Shown piece after piece: positions 18,277-27,692 of a DNA stretch of 43,315 bases. The notes below the pieces were generated by a model. That model was not told the origin of the DNA. It saw nothing but the letters and a program-made list of their open reading frames with translations, and did no database searches. A program made the translations under genes and the position numbers. Each line of letters opens with the position of its first letter. Position 1 is the stretch's first letter. The DNA lies in the sequence record SRR22947725_1621; one strand, 5' to 3'.

Positions 18277-20835
18277 TTAATTTGGTACTATAATCACTTC
18301 GGGAGGGCGCCCCTTACGATACGTTTCAAAAGCCTGTTCGTACGCGGTTTCTAAATGGTTTGTGTACTTTTGGGTATCGAAAAGTGGTTTTGATAAAAGA
18401 TTATCCGCAAGCTTTCTCTTTATTTCGTCTAACCTTTTAGGGTTTGTAGATAAATCCAAGATAAGAGCTTCATAATCGCTTTCATTTTCAGTAATTAATT
18501 CGGGTAAACCAACAGCATTAAGTAAACTTCCCGCCACTCTGGCAGCAAAATTTTCACCCAACTTTGTAATGATAGGTAAGCCAGCCCATAGAGCATCGCT
18601 TGCCGTGGTATGTGCATTAACATTAAACGTGTCTAAAAACAAATCTGCAAGTCTGTGCCTTGCCAAGTGTTCCGCATGAGGCATTTTTTCAGCAAAAACC
18701 AATCTCTCTGCGTCAATACCTCGTGCAACAGCTTCCCTCTTCATGTTCATCTCTGCCGAACTGTTAGACCTTAATAACCACAAAACACTTCCCTCCACTT
18801 TGTTAAGCAAGCGCATCCAAATATCAAATTCTTTTGGAGTTATTTTATAATTATCATTGAAGCAACAAAAAACAAAACTATCGATCGGCAGCTCAGCTTC
18901 TTCGCGGGTAATTGCCTTATCTGATATGAATCTTTTATTATCATTTGGCTGATAGGAATTGGGCAGGTATATTATTTTCTCGCTATAGTAGTCCCTTTTG
19001 TCTTCAGGTATTAAAACGGGATCAGCGATAAAGTAGTCAATAAACTTTGTACCCAAAGTTCCTGGATACCCAAGATGACTAATCTGCACTGGCGCTAAGC
19101 CATATGCAAAGAGCTCTAATCGATTATCCTCCGTATAACCTTTTAAATCTATTGCCAAATCCAATTTTTCAGATCTAGCCATTTCGACGATTTGTCTATC
19201 GGTCATTTCAGAAACATCGTGAAAAATATTCACATTATTCATTAATTTTTCAGTTATTTCTTTATCTTTATGTACTCCATACGAATAAATAATCACCTCA
19301 AAACGTGCTTTATCGTGTAGTGCAAAAACCTGCGACATTAAAGCCATTGTAGCATGGTCGTAAAAATCTGAGCTGAAGTAACCAACTCGAATGCGTGCGG
19401 TTTTTTGTGATGGCTTATGTTCTAGTTTTAACGCCGTTTGATTAAACCGGAACTTTGCATATAATTCAGCTCGCAAGCGATGTCGTTTTGGTGCGTCCTC
19501 TAAAGGACTAAGCGTGAACGGTGCGATAGTTTCTTTCGAAATTCCCAAATTGGGTAACAGGTGTCTATCTTTTGTGATAGCTCTCCAGTCACAGATCTGG
19601 GCTTGATAAAAAAGCCTTCGCGCTCTGACCATTTCGAGTTCAGGTTTTAGGCGCAATAAGTTCTCAAGATTTTCAATGGCAAGATCATATCTATTTTGGA
19701 TAACATAAATTTCACTTAGGTTGACATAAGCTGCTGTGTAGTCTGATTGAATTTCAATAGCCTTTGAATAAGCGCTAATAGCATCACAAAAATTATCTTG
19801 TTTTCTTAATACATTACCGATGTATTCGTACGCTTGTTGGCAGTCATTCTTGATGAAAATAGCTTTCCTATAATATGAAATAGCCTCGTCTAACTTTAGT
19901 TGGATTTCGAAAGCCTTGCCCATAGTTATATATGCTTCAGCATAATCAGGCTTAATTGCGAGCACTTGTTTGCTGTAGGCTACTGCCTTATCAGCTTTGC
20001 CCAGTTCGAGTTCCAAAAGGCCCAGTGCAAAATATGCTGGGGCAAAATTTGGCCTAAGTTTTATAGTGTTTTTAAAACATTTTATTGCAGCGTCAAAAGA
20101 GCATTTTTCATATAATTCCATCCCTATTTCAAAATATATCTCATATTCGTTTGGTTTAAGTCTAATCGCTTTATTTAGATTTTCTATTGCCTTATCGGTG
20201 TCTCCGTTCGACGTGTATGCCCTGCTTAACATAAGAAAATTTATAGCGGATTTTGGCATATATTTTGTTGCCTTGGTATAATTAGCTATTGCCATTTCCA
20301 TTTGGTCTAATGCGCAATAGCATTGCCCCAAGGCAAAGTGTAATAATGCAGATTTTGGATACGTAACAAGTAAATCTTTGCATTTATCGATCGCAGAAAA
20401 AACCCTTTTTTGATTAATTAATTCATCAATTTCAGAGGTTGTTTGAGGCGAAGGCTCTCTATGCTCTTTATCGATTTTTAGAGATAAGGCTTTCATATCT
20501 TTGCAAAATAAACCAGAGGTTTTGGACGCCACGATTAGTGCTTTCGCTTCGGCAATTCTGTCTAAACCAACGAGTGTCTTTATATAATTTATCCAATACA
20601 AGCCAACGTTTGGGTTTAAATTTAATGCACCTTCGAAAGCTTTAAGAGCATCTATCAGTTCGTTTTGCAAAACAAGCACGCACGCTTTATTGTGAAGAGA
20701 CTTACAATGATCGGGTTTTATGTTTATAATTTCGTCATAAATTTTTATTGCAGTATCAAGGTTCCCAGTTTTCTGTTCTTCGATACCTTTGTTGAAAAGT
20801 GCGGTTACATCGATATCTGTTGTATGCATGTTCAT
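18277..20835 (-). CDS. TPR-repeat GT41 (O-GlcNAc transferase/SPINDLY-like) glycosyltransferase
   Basis: Roughly ten TPR-like units, then RVGYFSSDF.DH, DL.GYT, APVQ..LGYPGT, FCCFN..YKI, DLFLDT...NAHTTASDALWAG. Confidence 0.93.
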   Translation of the reverse strand: MNMHTTDIDVTALFNKGIEEQKTGNLDTAIKIYDEIINIKPDHCKSLHNKACVLVLQNELIDALKAFEGALNLNPNVGLYWINYIKTLVGLDRIAEAKALIVASKTSGLFCKDMKALSLKIDKEHREPSPQTTSEIDELINQKRVFSAIDKCKDLLVTYPKSALLHFALGQCYCALDQMEMAIANYTKATKYMPKSAINFLMLSRAYTSNGDTDKAIENLNKAIRLKPNEYEIYFEIGMELYEKCSFDAAIKCFKNTIKLRPNFAPAYFALGLLELELGKADKAVAYSKQVLAIKPDYAEAYITMGKAFEIQLKLDEAISYYRKAIFIKNDCQQAYEYIGNVLRKQDNFCDAISAYSKAIEIQSDYTAAYVNLSEIYVIQNRYDLAIENLENLLRLKPELEMVRARRLFYQAQICDWRAITKDRHLLPNLGISKETIAPFTLSPLEDAPKRHRLRAELYAKFRFNQTALKLEHKPSQKTARIRVGYFSSDFYDHATMALMSQVFALHDKARFEVIIYSYGVHKDKEITEKLMNNVNIFHDVSEMTDRQIVEMARSEKLDLAIDLKGYTEDNRLELFAYGLAPVQISHLGYPGTLGTKFIDYFIADPVLIPEDKRDYYSEKIIYLPNSYQPNDNKRFISDKAITREEAELPIDSFVFCCFNDNYKITPKEFDIWMRLLNKVEGSVLWLLRSNSSAEMNMKREAVARGIDAERLVFAEKMPHAEHLARHRLADLFLDTFNVNAHTTASDALWAGLPIITKLGENFAARVAGSLLNAVGLPELITENESDYEALILDLSTNPKRLDEIKRKLADNLLSKPLFDTQKYTNHLETAYEQAFETYRKGRPPEVIIVPN

Positions 20836-21092
20836 GATTCAACCCTAAGCTATGTGCATTAATGAGCTCGGAGCAAATTTTACGCCAACTGGTCTAGGGC
20901 CAGTCCTGAAAACTTTATATTTTTAAATTAACTATCTAAAAAAATATTTAAATTTTTTTGTTCTGAAGCTAGTTAGTGTTTGGGCTATCAATGAGAGCGA
21001 AATAATTTAGAGAAATGTAAGAAGCATAGATAAACTAATCTTTAGCTAAAAATTGGCGCTGTGAATTTGGTAAAACTTTTTTTAGGGAGGCA

Positions 21093-21229
21093 ACGGCAAG
21101 GTAACGAAGAAATAGAGTGAAGAGGACATCCTGAGGTTACTGCGCAAAATTGATATTCATTCTAATGCAGTTATGGATATGTTAAGTGTCTGCCGGACTG
21201 CGGATATTTCTGACAAGATGTATCTATGA
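21093..21229 (+). pseudogene. IS3-family (IS407-group-like) OrfA 5' remnant
   Basis: GGAGG RBS, decayed start (ACG GCA AGG TAA CGA) then SEEDILRLLRKIDIH...DMLSVCRTADISDKMY, an HTH-like OrfA start. Confidence 0.65.
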
Positions 21230-21358
21230 GCATTTCCACAAATGTAAATTTGAGTTTGAGTAATTCTTGAAATATCAGTATTTTTATCCAAATTTATTTC
21301 CAGCCTAGAGTACTTACAAATGCGTTTTCCAGATTTAAAATCTTAAACACATCTTTAC

Positions 21359-22582
21359 CTAAAGGAATTTGTTTAAAAGACGGGTTTCATTCCAAACCTC
21401 GTTATCTCGCATCTTTTCTATCTTAAAATCCACATTGTTAAAATCACCTTGAAACAGTAAAATAGCATGATTGTGTATTCCTTTAGAATACGTTTTATTA
21501 ATGACAATCTTCAAACCAGAATTTTCTTTGACTTTCAATACGAATTCTTCTTCGAACTCACCCACTAAAACAATACTGCTTTTGTTATTCAAAACACGTT
21601 CGTTATTACAAAGATACCATATAGCAGCTTCTGTCCGGATGTAGTCGTAGCTTACGGGCAGTTGTTCTTTTTTCCCTAGACCGCATAGACGTGCAGCTAA
21701 ATAGTAATTCTCAATTGGATTGCGATTATTAAGAATTCTCATTTTAAGTCCAACGATCATTCTATCAGCGACAAACTCTTGAATTCTGTTTTTAAAGTTT
21801 GAAAATTCCTCTTCATCGCAGGTGGCTAAAGCGCGCCCTAATAGATATTCCATTCCCCCCCTGTAAACGTCCCACGCATGCTCAACCTCCAAGTTCCCCG
21901 CCTGCTCAAGTTTTTCATCTTCAAAATATTGTATGGATGCATAATAAAAGGGCTTTCTCATAATCAAAACTTGTCCAACAGAGATCCATTCTGCGGGTAT
22001 AGTAAAAGACCAGTACGCAATTTCGCTATATCCCCTTCGGAGTTCCTGGTAATAGCTATTCCGGAAAATACTGATCTCTAAAAAAATATGATGATTTAGG
22101 ATTGTGCTCAATAGATTTTTGTAATCTCCTTGATCGAATACCAAGTCCGTAGGAACTTCATAAAATTGTTGGTTAGACGCTTTATTTTGCAATCTAATAA
22201 GCTTCCATGGCGCATAAAGGACTGCTGCTTCTGGATTGCGTATTAACATTAAAATTGCATCAGCTAAGCCATCGCAATCTAAAAAATCATCATCAGCAAG
22301 ATACATTGAAAATATGCCTGATGCGTTTGCGAATGCATCTTCTAAACTTCTTGCAGAGCCTATGTTATTTGCTTGTTTTATATATAAAATAGGGAGTTTT
22401 TTTGACCACGACTCAACCACTGCGTCGGTGTCATCACTTGAAGCGTTATTTGAAATAATCAGCTCATAACTGAAAGGAAAATTTGAAAACTCATTATAAA
22501 TATCGTTTAGTAAAATTTGAAGACATTTAGCCCTATTGTAAGTCGGGATACAAATAGAGATTACTAATGGCTTGTTCTGCAA
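21359..22582 (-). CDS. GT2-family glycosyltransferase with long C-terminal extension
   Basis: SICIPTYNRA, ELIISNNASSDDT, NIG, LADDD. Confidence 0.9.
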   Translation of the reverse strand: MQNKPLVISICIPTYNRAKCLQILLNDIYNEFSNFPFSYELIISNNASSDDTDAVVESWSKKLPILYIKQANNIGSARSLEDAFANASGIFSMYLADDDFLDCDGLADAILMLIRNPEAAVLYAPWKLIRLQNKASNQQFYEVPTDLVFDQGDYKNLLSTILNHHIFLEISIFRNSYYQELRRGYSEIAYWSFTIPAEWISVGQVLIMRKPFYYASIQYFEDEKLEQAGNLEVEHAWDVYRGGMEYLLGRALATCDEEEFSNFKNRIQEFVADRMIVGLKMRILNNRNPIENYYLAARLCGLGKKEQLPVSYDYIRTEAAIWYLCNNERVLNNKSSIVLVGEFEEEFVLKVKENSGLKIVINKTYSKGIHNHAILLFQGDFNNVDFKIEKMRDNEVWNETRLLNKFL

Positions 22583-22817
22583 TATTTCATTCTCCGCCGG
22601 TCGAAACTTGACTATGATATTGAGCTGACGTTAAACCTTTGTTACTCTTGACTTCAACAACATTCTTAATTTGGTTCCAAAGCTTTTATCTCGCTAGATA
22701 AAATTTGCGTGAGGCTGCCATGACTACTTGTAACCCAGAATAATAACTACACTTGTCATTTAACACTCTAAGATTAGCACACAGGTACTCTGTTAATAGT
22801 GATGCCATATTATCCCT

Positions 22818-22947
22818 ATTTCCCTGAAGCCTTAGTACTATTATTTTTCGAGTATAAGATCAGATACAGTCCGTTTCAAACGCGCGTTATCAGCCTTAAA
22901 GAGCTCTAATCTGTTTCACTGACGGCGTTTGATCTTGCGCTACTCTT
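22818..22947 (-). pseudogene. 3' half of an old IS3-family OrfA split by the adjacent IS
   Basis: Minus strand reads E*RKIKRRQ*NRLELFKADNARLKRTVSDLILEK*, the leucine-zipper end of an IS407-group OrfA. Confidence 0.7.
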
Positions 22948-24207
22948 AGAGGTGGTCCTAGTTTTTCGACCACTTTGCAGCCTAGCTAAGGTGGATCAGG
23001 GTTTCATGTCAGGCTGCTAATCTCATGGGTTCTGTTTTTCTGGCGTAGGCCTCATCGGGGGTCAAGATGCCGTGTGTCGAGTGTGGTCGCTCGGCATTGT
23101 AGTATTCCAGCCATTTGCGGATACCAGCCTTTGCCTCTGAACCTCTTTCAAAAGCGTGAAGGTAGACGCATTCGTACTTCAGAGATCGCCAAAGACGCTC
23201 GATCATGCGGTTGTCGATTCAGCGCCCCTTGCCATCCATGCTGATTTTGACCTTCGCGTCCGCCAGCACGTCGATCCAGACGCCACTGGTAAACTGGCTA
23301 CCCTGATCGGTGTTGAATATCTCTGGCGTGCCGTGTTTTGCCAGCGCATCTTTCAAGGCCTCAACGCAGAACTCCGCGTCCATGCTGTTGGACAGCCGCC
23401 ACGCCAAGATCTTGCGACTGTACCAGTCCATGATTGCCACGAGATACAGGAAGCCACGCCGCATCGGGATATAAGTGATATCCGCGCACCAGACCTGGTT
23501 CGGCCGGTCGATCACCACATTCCTCAGCAGATAGGGCCAGATCTTATGCTGCGGGTGCTTCTTGCTGGTGTTGGGTTCCTGATAGATCGGCACCAACCGC
23601 ATGAGGCGCATCAATCGCCGGACACGATGACGACCGCATTTGTGATCGTTTCGCTTCATGTATCGGGCCATCTGTCTTGACCCGTACCACGGCGTCTCCA
23701 GGAACTGCTTATCGATGATCTCCATGAACCGCAGGTTCTCTGCACTCTCGCCCTTCGGCTGATAATACAGGTTCGAACGGGACAACGTGAGCAGCGCGCA
23801 TTGACGACGCACGCTCAGCTTGTGATCCTTACTCACCATTTTTTGCCTCGCGTCCCGAGCAACTAGTGCGAGGCATCGGCCAAAAAATCTCGCTCCACCA
23901 CCAGCTGGCCAATCTTCGAATGCAGCTTCTCGATATCGGCAGCGCTCGGTGTGTCTGGCGCGCGACCTCGTCGCTCAAACGCGGACGACATGTTATCAAG
24001 CGCAGCACGCTTCCAAGTACTGATCTGATTGGCATGTACGCCATACTTCTTCGCCAACTCCGAAAGGGTCAGCTCTTCGCGGATCGCTTCAACCGCTACT
24101 CGCGCCTTGAAATCCGCAGAATGGTTCTTTCGCTTCTTCATCTTGGATCGTCTTTCTCTTCAGTCGATCCACCTTAACAACTGGTCCGAAATCCCGCGAC
24201 CACCTCT
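22948..24207 (-). mobile_element. Full-length IS3-family IS (1260 bp) with nonsense mutations
   Basis: IRs AGAGGTGGTCCTAGTTTTTCGACCA / AGAGGTGGTCGCGGGATTTCGGACCA; 4-bp direct repeat TCTT at 22944-22947 and 24208-24211; OrfA from 24141, OrfB 23839-23009 DDE interrupted by TGA at 23219-23221. Confidence 0.95.
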
Positions 24208-24351
24208 TCTTTATGCCTATTACAAGACGTCTGAATTGCGATACCAATTTGATGATCTGCACCCGTTAGTGGCCCATCTTGACCTTGCAGTACTTCAGTA
24301 GCGCAACTTTTAAGCACTATATCGTGGGGTTATTTTTGTTTTCAACCGCAT
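24208..24351 (-). pseudogene. 5' half of the old IS3-family OrfA split by the adjacent IS
   Basis: Minus strand reads DIVLKSCATEVLQGQDGPLTGADHQIGIAIQTSCNRHKE and joins in frame with 22947 after removing the IS and one TCTT copy. Confidence 0.7.
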
Positions 24352-24536
24352 GCATAAGCCATCCTGCAATGGGGATCTACCTGTCCCATTTAGTTGTTCA
24401 ATGAAAAAAGTTTTTCTAATGGATTAAAGTCTCATTAAAATGTCTGCCTCTTCACCAATACATGAGTTTTTATATTTATTACAGTAATTTAAGATTTATG
24501 ATTGAAGATTTAAACTCCCTGTAGTTAGTAACTCTA

Positions 24537-26000
24537 TTAAAGTATTCCTGACAGTTTACTTTGGCGCTTTCGCATGAAAGATGCAGGGATATTTTGCACT
24601 TTCCGATATTTTGCTACCGTGCGGCGTGCAACGTTAATTCCTTTAGACTTCAAGGTCTCCACGATTTCATCATCGCTTATCGGGTTTTGTGGCTGTTCGC
24701 TTTCAATCAATTTTTTGATTTTGAATTTTACTGCCGCAGAAGATTGTATAGTTTGGTCATCATTTAGTGCCAAACTTACACTAAAAAAAGATTTGAGCTC
24801 CAAGGTTCCCTGCGGTGTTTCCATCAAAGAGCCCGTCGTTACTCTGCTTATTGTACTTTCGTGCAAATCCACCGCATCAGCGACATCGCGGAGTATCATT
24901 GGTTGAATATAATTTGGCCCTTTTTCTAGAAACGCTGTTTGCCTCTTAGCAATCTCAGCGCCCACACGAAGCATCGTGTCGTTTCGCTTCTGCAGAGCAT
25001 TTTTTAACCAGTTTGCTTCAGCAATTTTTTCTTTTATGAATTCTTTTTGTTCATCGTCCATTTTGGATTTTCGAACAGTTTTTGCATATGTCTTGTTAAT
25101 TGAAATACTCGGCAGTGTAGACCTGTTCAGGGTCACCAGCCAGCCGTCATCTTTTTTTGTAATTTTCAAGTCAGGCTCTCTTATATTGATTGCTTCTGAA
25201 GAGAATTGAAGGCCGGGCTTGGGATCGAAACTTTTAATTATTTTTAATTTTTCGGCAAGCTCTAGGTCACAACAACCGCAGCGGCGTTTAAGTAAATCAA
25301 ATTTACCACTGCCCAGTAGATGCAAATTGTCTAAAATATTTTCGAGTGTTTGGTCTAACATTGTCCTATCTTTGGCCTGCAGCTTCAAGCATTCCGCCAA
25401 AGTTCCTGCAAACAATCCGGCAGGCTCAATCATCTGTAGTTTCTCTAGAACATTCTCCGCGACTTTCAGGTCCACCGAAGTCTGGTCAGCCACATTTTTT
25501 GCGGTCACACCCACCCAGCCAGTGGGCTCCAATTCCTCTAAAAATTTGTAGGCCACGATTTGTTCTTGCTGAGTGAAGTCTAGGCTAGCTATGTAGTCTC
25601 CGCAGTGTACATAAAGTGATTTATCATGTGATTTTAATAATTGAACAGGATCAAAATCGGTTTGTTCTCTTGACACTGTACTCTTAGTTTTGAAGCTATC
25701 TCCAGTTTCAAACTGGTTCTCTATTTCGGTTTTTGTTTTTTGTTTTTCTGTGCCGAATGGTTTTTCTTCTAGGGTTTTTGTAATTGAAAGAGTTTCAGTA
25801 TGTGCATCATTCGCACGTGAGTTTTTCTCGAGAGTATTTTTATCATTCAATTCGATAAAAGGATTAACAGTAAAGGTATCTTCTATGTATTCGTTGACCT
25901 CTAGGTTCGTCATTTGTAGCAACTTAATCGCTTGCTGTACTTGAGCTGTAAGCAGCAACCCTTGACGCTGTCCTATGCTAATGCTGAAATCAAGTTTCAT
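24537..26000 (-). CDS. rpoN: RNA polymerase sigma-54 factor
   Basis: QQAIKLLQM region I, HESTISR HTH, ARRTVAKYR RpoN box; GGAG RBS before ATG 26000. Confidence 0.97.
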   Translation of the reverse strand: MKLDFSISIGQRQGLLLTAQVQQAIKLLQMTNLEVNEYIEDTFTVNPFIELNDKNTLEKNSRANDAHTETLSITKTLEEKPFGTEKQKTKTEIENQFETGDSFKTKSTVSREQTDFDPVQLLKSHDKSLYVHCGDYIASLDFTQQEQIVAYKFLEELEPTGWVGVTAKNVADQTSVDLKVAENVLEKLQMIEPAGLFAGTLAECLKLQAKDRTMLDQTLENILDNLHLLGSGKFDLLKRRCGCCDLELAEKLKIIKSFDPKPGLQFSSEAINIREPDLKITKKDDGWLVTLNRSTLPSISINKTYAKTVRKSKMDDEQKEFIKEKIAEANWLKNALQKRNDTMLRVGAEIAKRQTAFLEKGPNYIQPMILRDVADAVDLHESTISRVTTGSLMETPQGTLELKSFFSVSLALNDDQTIQSSAAVKFKIKKLIESEQPQNPISDDEIVETLKSKGINVARRTVAKYRKVQNIPASFMRKRQSKLSGIL

Positions 26001-26075
26001 TGGATTCTCCCTCCATGAAGTATTTTTAGCCGTTAACTGAACGGTTGCCAAAAAATATAATTGACAGGTTGGTTG

Positions 26076-26091
26076 TGTCAGAATTTTGACA
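26076..26091. promoter_or_regulatory. Palindromic FleQ-type box between divergent rpoN and flagellin
   Basis: TGTCA-GAATTT-TGACA perfect inverted arms with a 6-nt AT-rich spacer. Confidence 0.6.
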
Positions 26092-26119
26092 ACAATTTAG
26101 AATAGGAAAATTTAATTTC

Positions 26120-26145
26120 TAAACTTTTCTAATTTGAGACGTTTT
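26120..26145 (+). promoter_or_regulatory. Sigma28-like promoter of flagellin
   Basis: TAAA-N14-GACGTTTT; shares a CGTT -10 core with the fliD and flgM upstream sites. Confidence 0.5.
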
Positions 26146-26186
26146 GATTTGTGATGGTTATACATATTCAGTAAAAGGAGAAACAA

Positions 26187-26975
26187 ATGACAAGTATTAA
26201 CGCTGGTGGTGCATTCTACAGAGTTCAAAATGCCATAAATGAAAATTCAGAAAGAGTATCGGCAAGCATGCAGCGTCTGTCGTCTGGTTTACAAAACGTC
26301 GCACCAGGTGATCGGGTAGCTTCTTCGGCTGTGGCTTATGGACAGAAGGCGGAGCTAGCTTCGGTTAAAATTGGTGTTCAAAATGCTACTGAAGCATTGC
26401 AAGCTCTGGAGATGGCGAATAACGCGATATCAAAAATGAGTGAAATGGTTGTTCGGCTTGAAGAGTTAAATGCGCTCGGTAGCAATACATTTAATAGTGC
26501 CGACGACAAAGCTGCAATTGCAGCTGAAGCTGCAAAAATCGTTACTGAGATTTCAAGTACCCAGACTGGAGCCAAGTACAAGGGCATAGCTCTTTTTGGC
26601 ACTTCCACTTCGGTTGGAACAGGTAAAAATAATACCGCTCTATCCGTGACGGCTGGGACTACAATGACAGCAACTATCACAGCAGCGAGTATTCAGGTTG
26701 GTACTTGTGGCGCCGACATTTCTACAACTAAACAGGCCGTTGATGCTTTGCAAATTACTGCTGGAGCTAATTACAATAGAGCAGCGAACGCATTGTCGCA
26801 GTTGAGCAGTTTGCGTGCCGGTTACGCGATTGATGTTGCCTCCAAACTGGACGTAGACTTTGCCGGCGAAACAACTGAGCTCGCTAAAGGTCAAATATTG
26901 GCACAAGCTGGCACTGCGATGTTGGCACAGGCAAACGCTCAGGGACAGGGCATGCTCGCTTTAATCCAGTCGTAG
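26187..26975 (+). CDS. fliC: Flagellin (short, 262 aa)
   Basis: SMQRLSSGL N-terminal D0/D1; DVDFAGETTELAKGQILAQAGTAMLAQAN C-terminus; strong AAGGAG RBS. Confidence 0.93.
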   Translation: MTSINAGGAFYRVQNAINENSERVSASMQRLSSGLQNVAPGDRVASSAVAYGQKAELASVKIGVQNATEALQALEMANNAISKMSEMVVRLEELNALGSNTFNSADDKAAIAAEAAKIVTEISSTQTGAKYKGIALFGTSTSVGTGKNNTALSVTAGTTMTATITAASIQVGTCGADISTTKQAVDALQITAGANYNRAANALSQLSSLRAGYAIDVASKLDVDFAGETTELAKGQILAQAGTAMLAQANAQGQGMLALIQS

Positions 26976-27012
26976 GATTATTGATTCTAGTGCATTAGAC
27001 CAAACCAGGTTG

Positions 27013-27049
27013 AAGTAGCCAAAATAGTGCTTTTGGCTACTTTTTTTTT
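27013..27049 (+). terminator. Rho-independent terminator of flagellin
   Basis: AAGTAGCCAAAA-TAGTGC-TTTTGGCTACTT hairpin followed by a T run. Confidence 0.9.
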
Positions 27050-27093
27050 GGTAAACTTAATATAGAGTAGGGTTTAAGCGGGAGGGGGACTCT

Positions 27094-27672
27094 ATGGCTG
27101 AAGATACAAATCAACCCGTCGATGGCTTGGAAGACGCGGATCCAGTTGAAGGTGAAGTTGAAATTCGCTCAGAGCAGGAGCAACAAAAATTTGAATCTGA
27201 TTTCGCTATAAAGATGGTAGACACTCTAGTTGCTATCAACGAACAACAGATTTCTAGTTATGAATTACCAAATAGATTTTTTACAAGTGACGAGATAATT
27301 TGTTTTGGTTTTTTTTCTAATTCAGTTCCAATAAACCCTCTGCCAGCAGTTTATCCTGAAAATGGGTTTCTCTTATTTAGGGGAGTGCCAGTGCCTAAGT
27401 CTGTGAATCTCACGTCTTCAAGTTTAGAAGAAATTGAGCATATCATAAAGTCTTCTGTAACCGAAGATGTGCAACGCCAGCAGTTATCAGACCTAGGCTC
27501 AGACATGATAAATGCTTACCAAATTGCAACTCAAATATATAATGATAGGGTAGAGAAAATTCGAATCTCGTATTTGGCAAATGTTAAAAACGCTAAGTCA
27601 CAAGTGATGGAAATATCAGCGGCAGTTGTCTGTGCATTTGTAATTATTTTGACTTTATTAAACCTTACATAA
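27094..27672 (+). CDS. Hypothetical protein with acidic N-terminus and C-terminal TM anchor
   Basis: 192-aa ORF with GGAGG RBS; hydrophobic terminal helix. Confidence 0.75.
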   Translation: MAEDTNQPVDGLEDADPVEGEVEIRSEQEQQKFESDFAIKMVDTLVAINEQQISSYELPNRFFTSDEIICFGFFSNSVPINPLPAVYPENGFLLFRGVPVPKSVNLTSSSLEEIEHIIKSSVTEDVQRQQLSDLGSDMINAYQIATQIYNDRVEKIRISYLANVKNAKSQVMEISAAVVCAFVIILTLLNLT

Positions 27673-27692
27673 AAACAATCAAAAGGCCATAA

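Noticed and set aside
23219-23221. TGA read as Trp (alternative genetic code)
   Set aside because: TGA ends many intact genes here (fliM, flhB, fliD, fliA) and Trp is TGG elsewhere; a nonsense mutation is simpler
17008-24207. True composite transposon carrying GT41 and GT2
   Set aside because: The two IS differ in sequence and each has its own flanking duplication (CTCC/CTCT, TCTT/TCTT), indicating independent insertions
17059-24301. Plus-strand ORFs within the IS elements and other short antisense ORFs in the track
   Set aside because: Shadows of transposase or other real genes on the opposite strand, with no independent motifs
26030-26050. Sigma54 promoter for rpoN itself (TTGGCAAC on minus strand)
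   Set aside because: No GC at the -12 position
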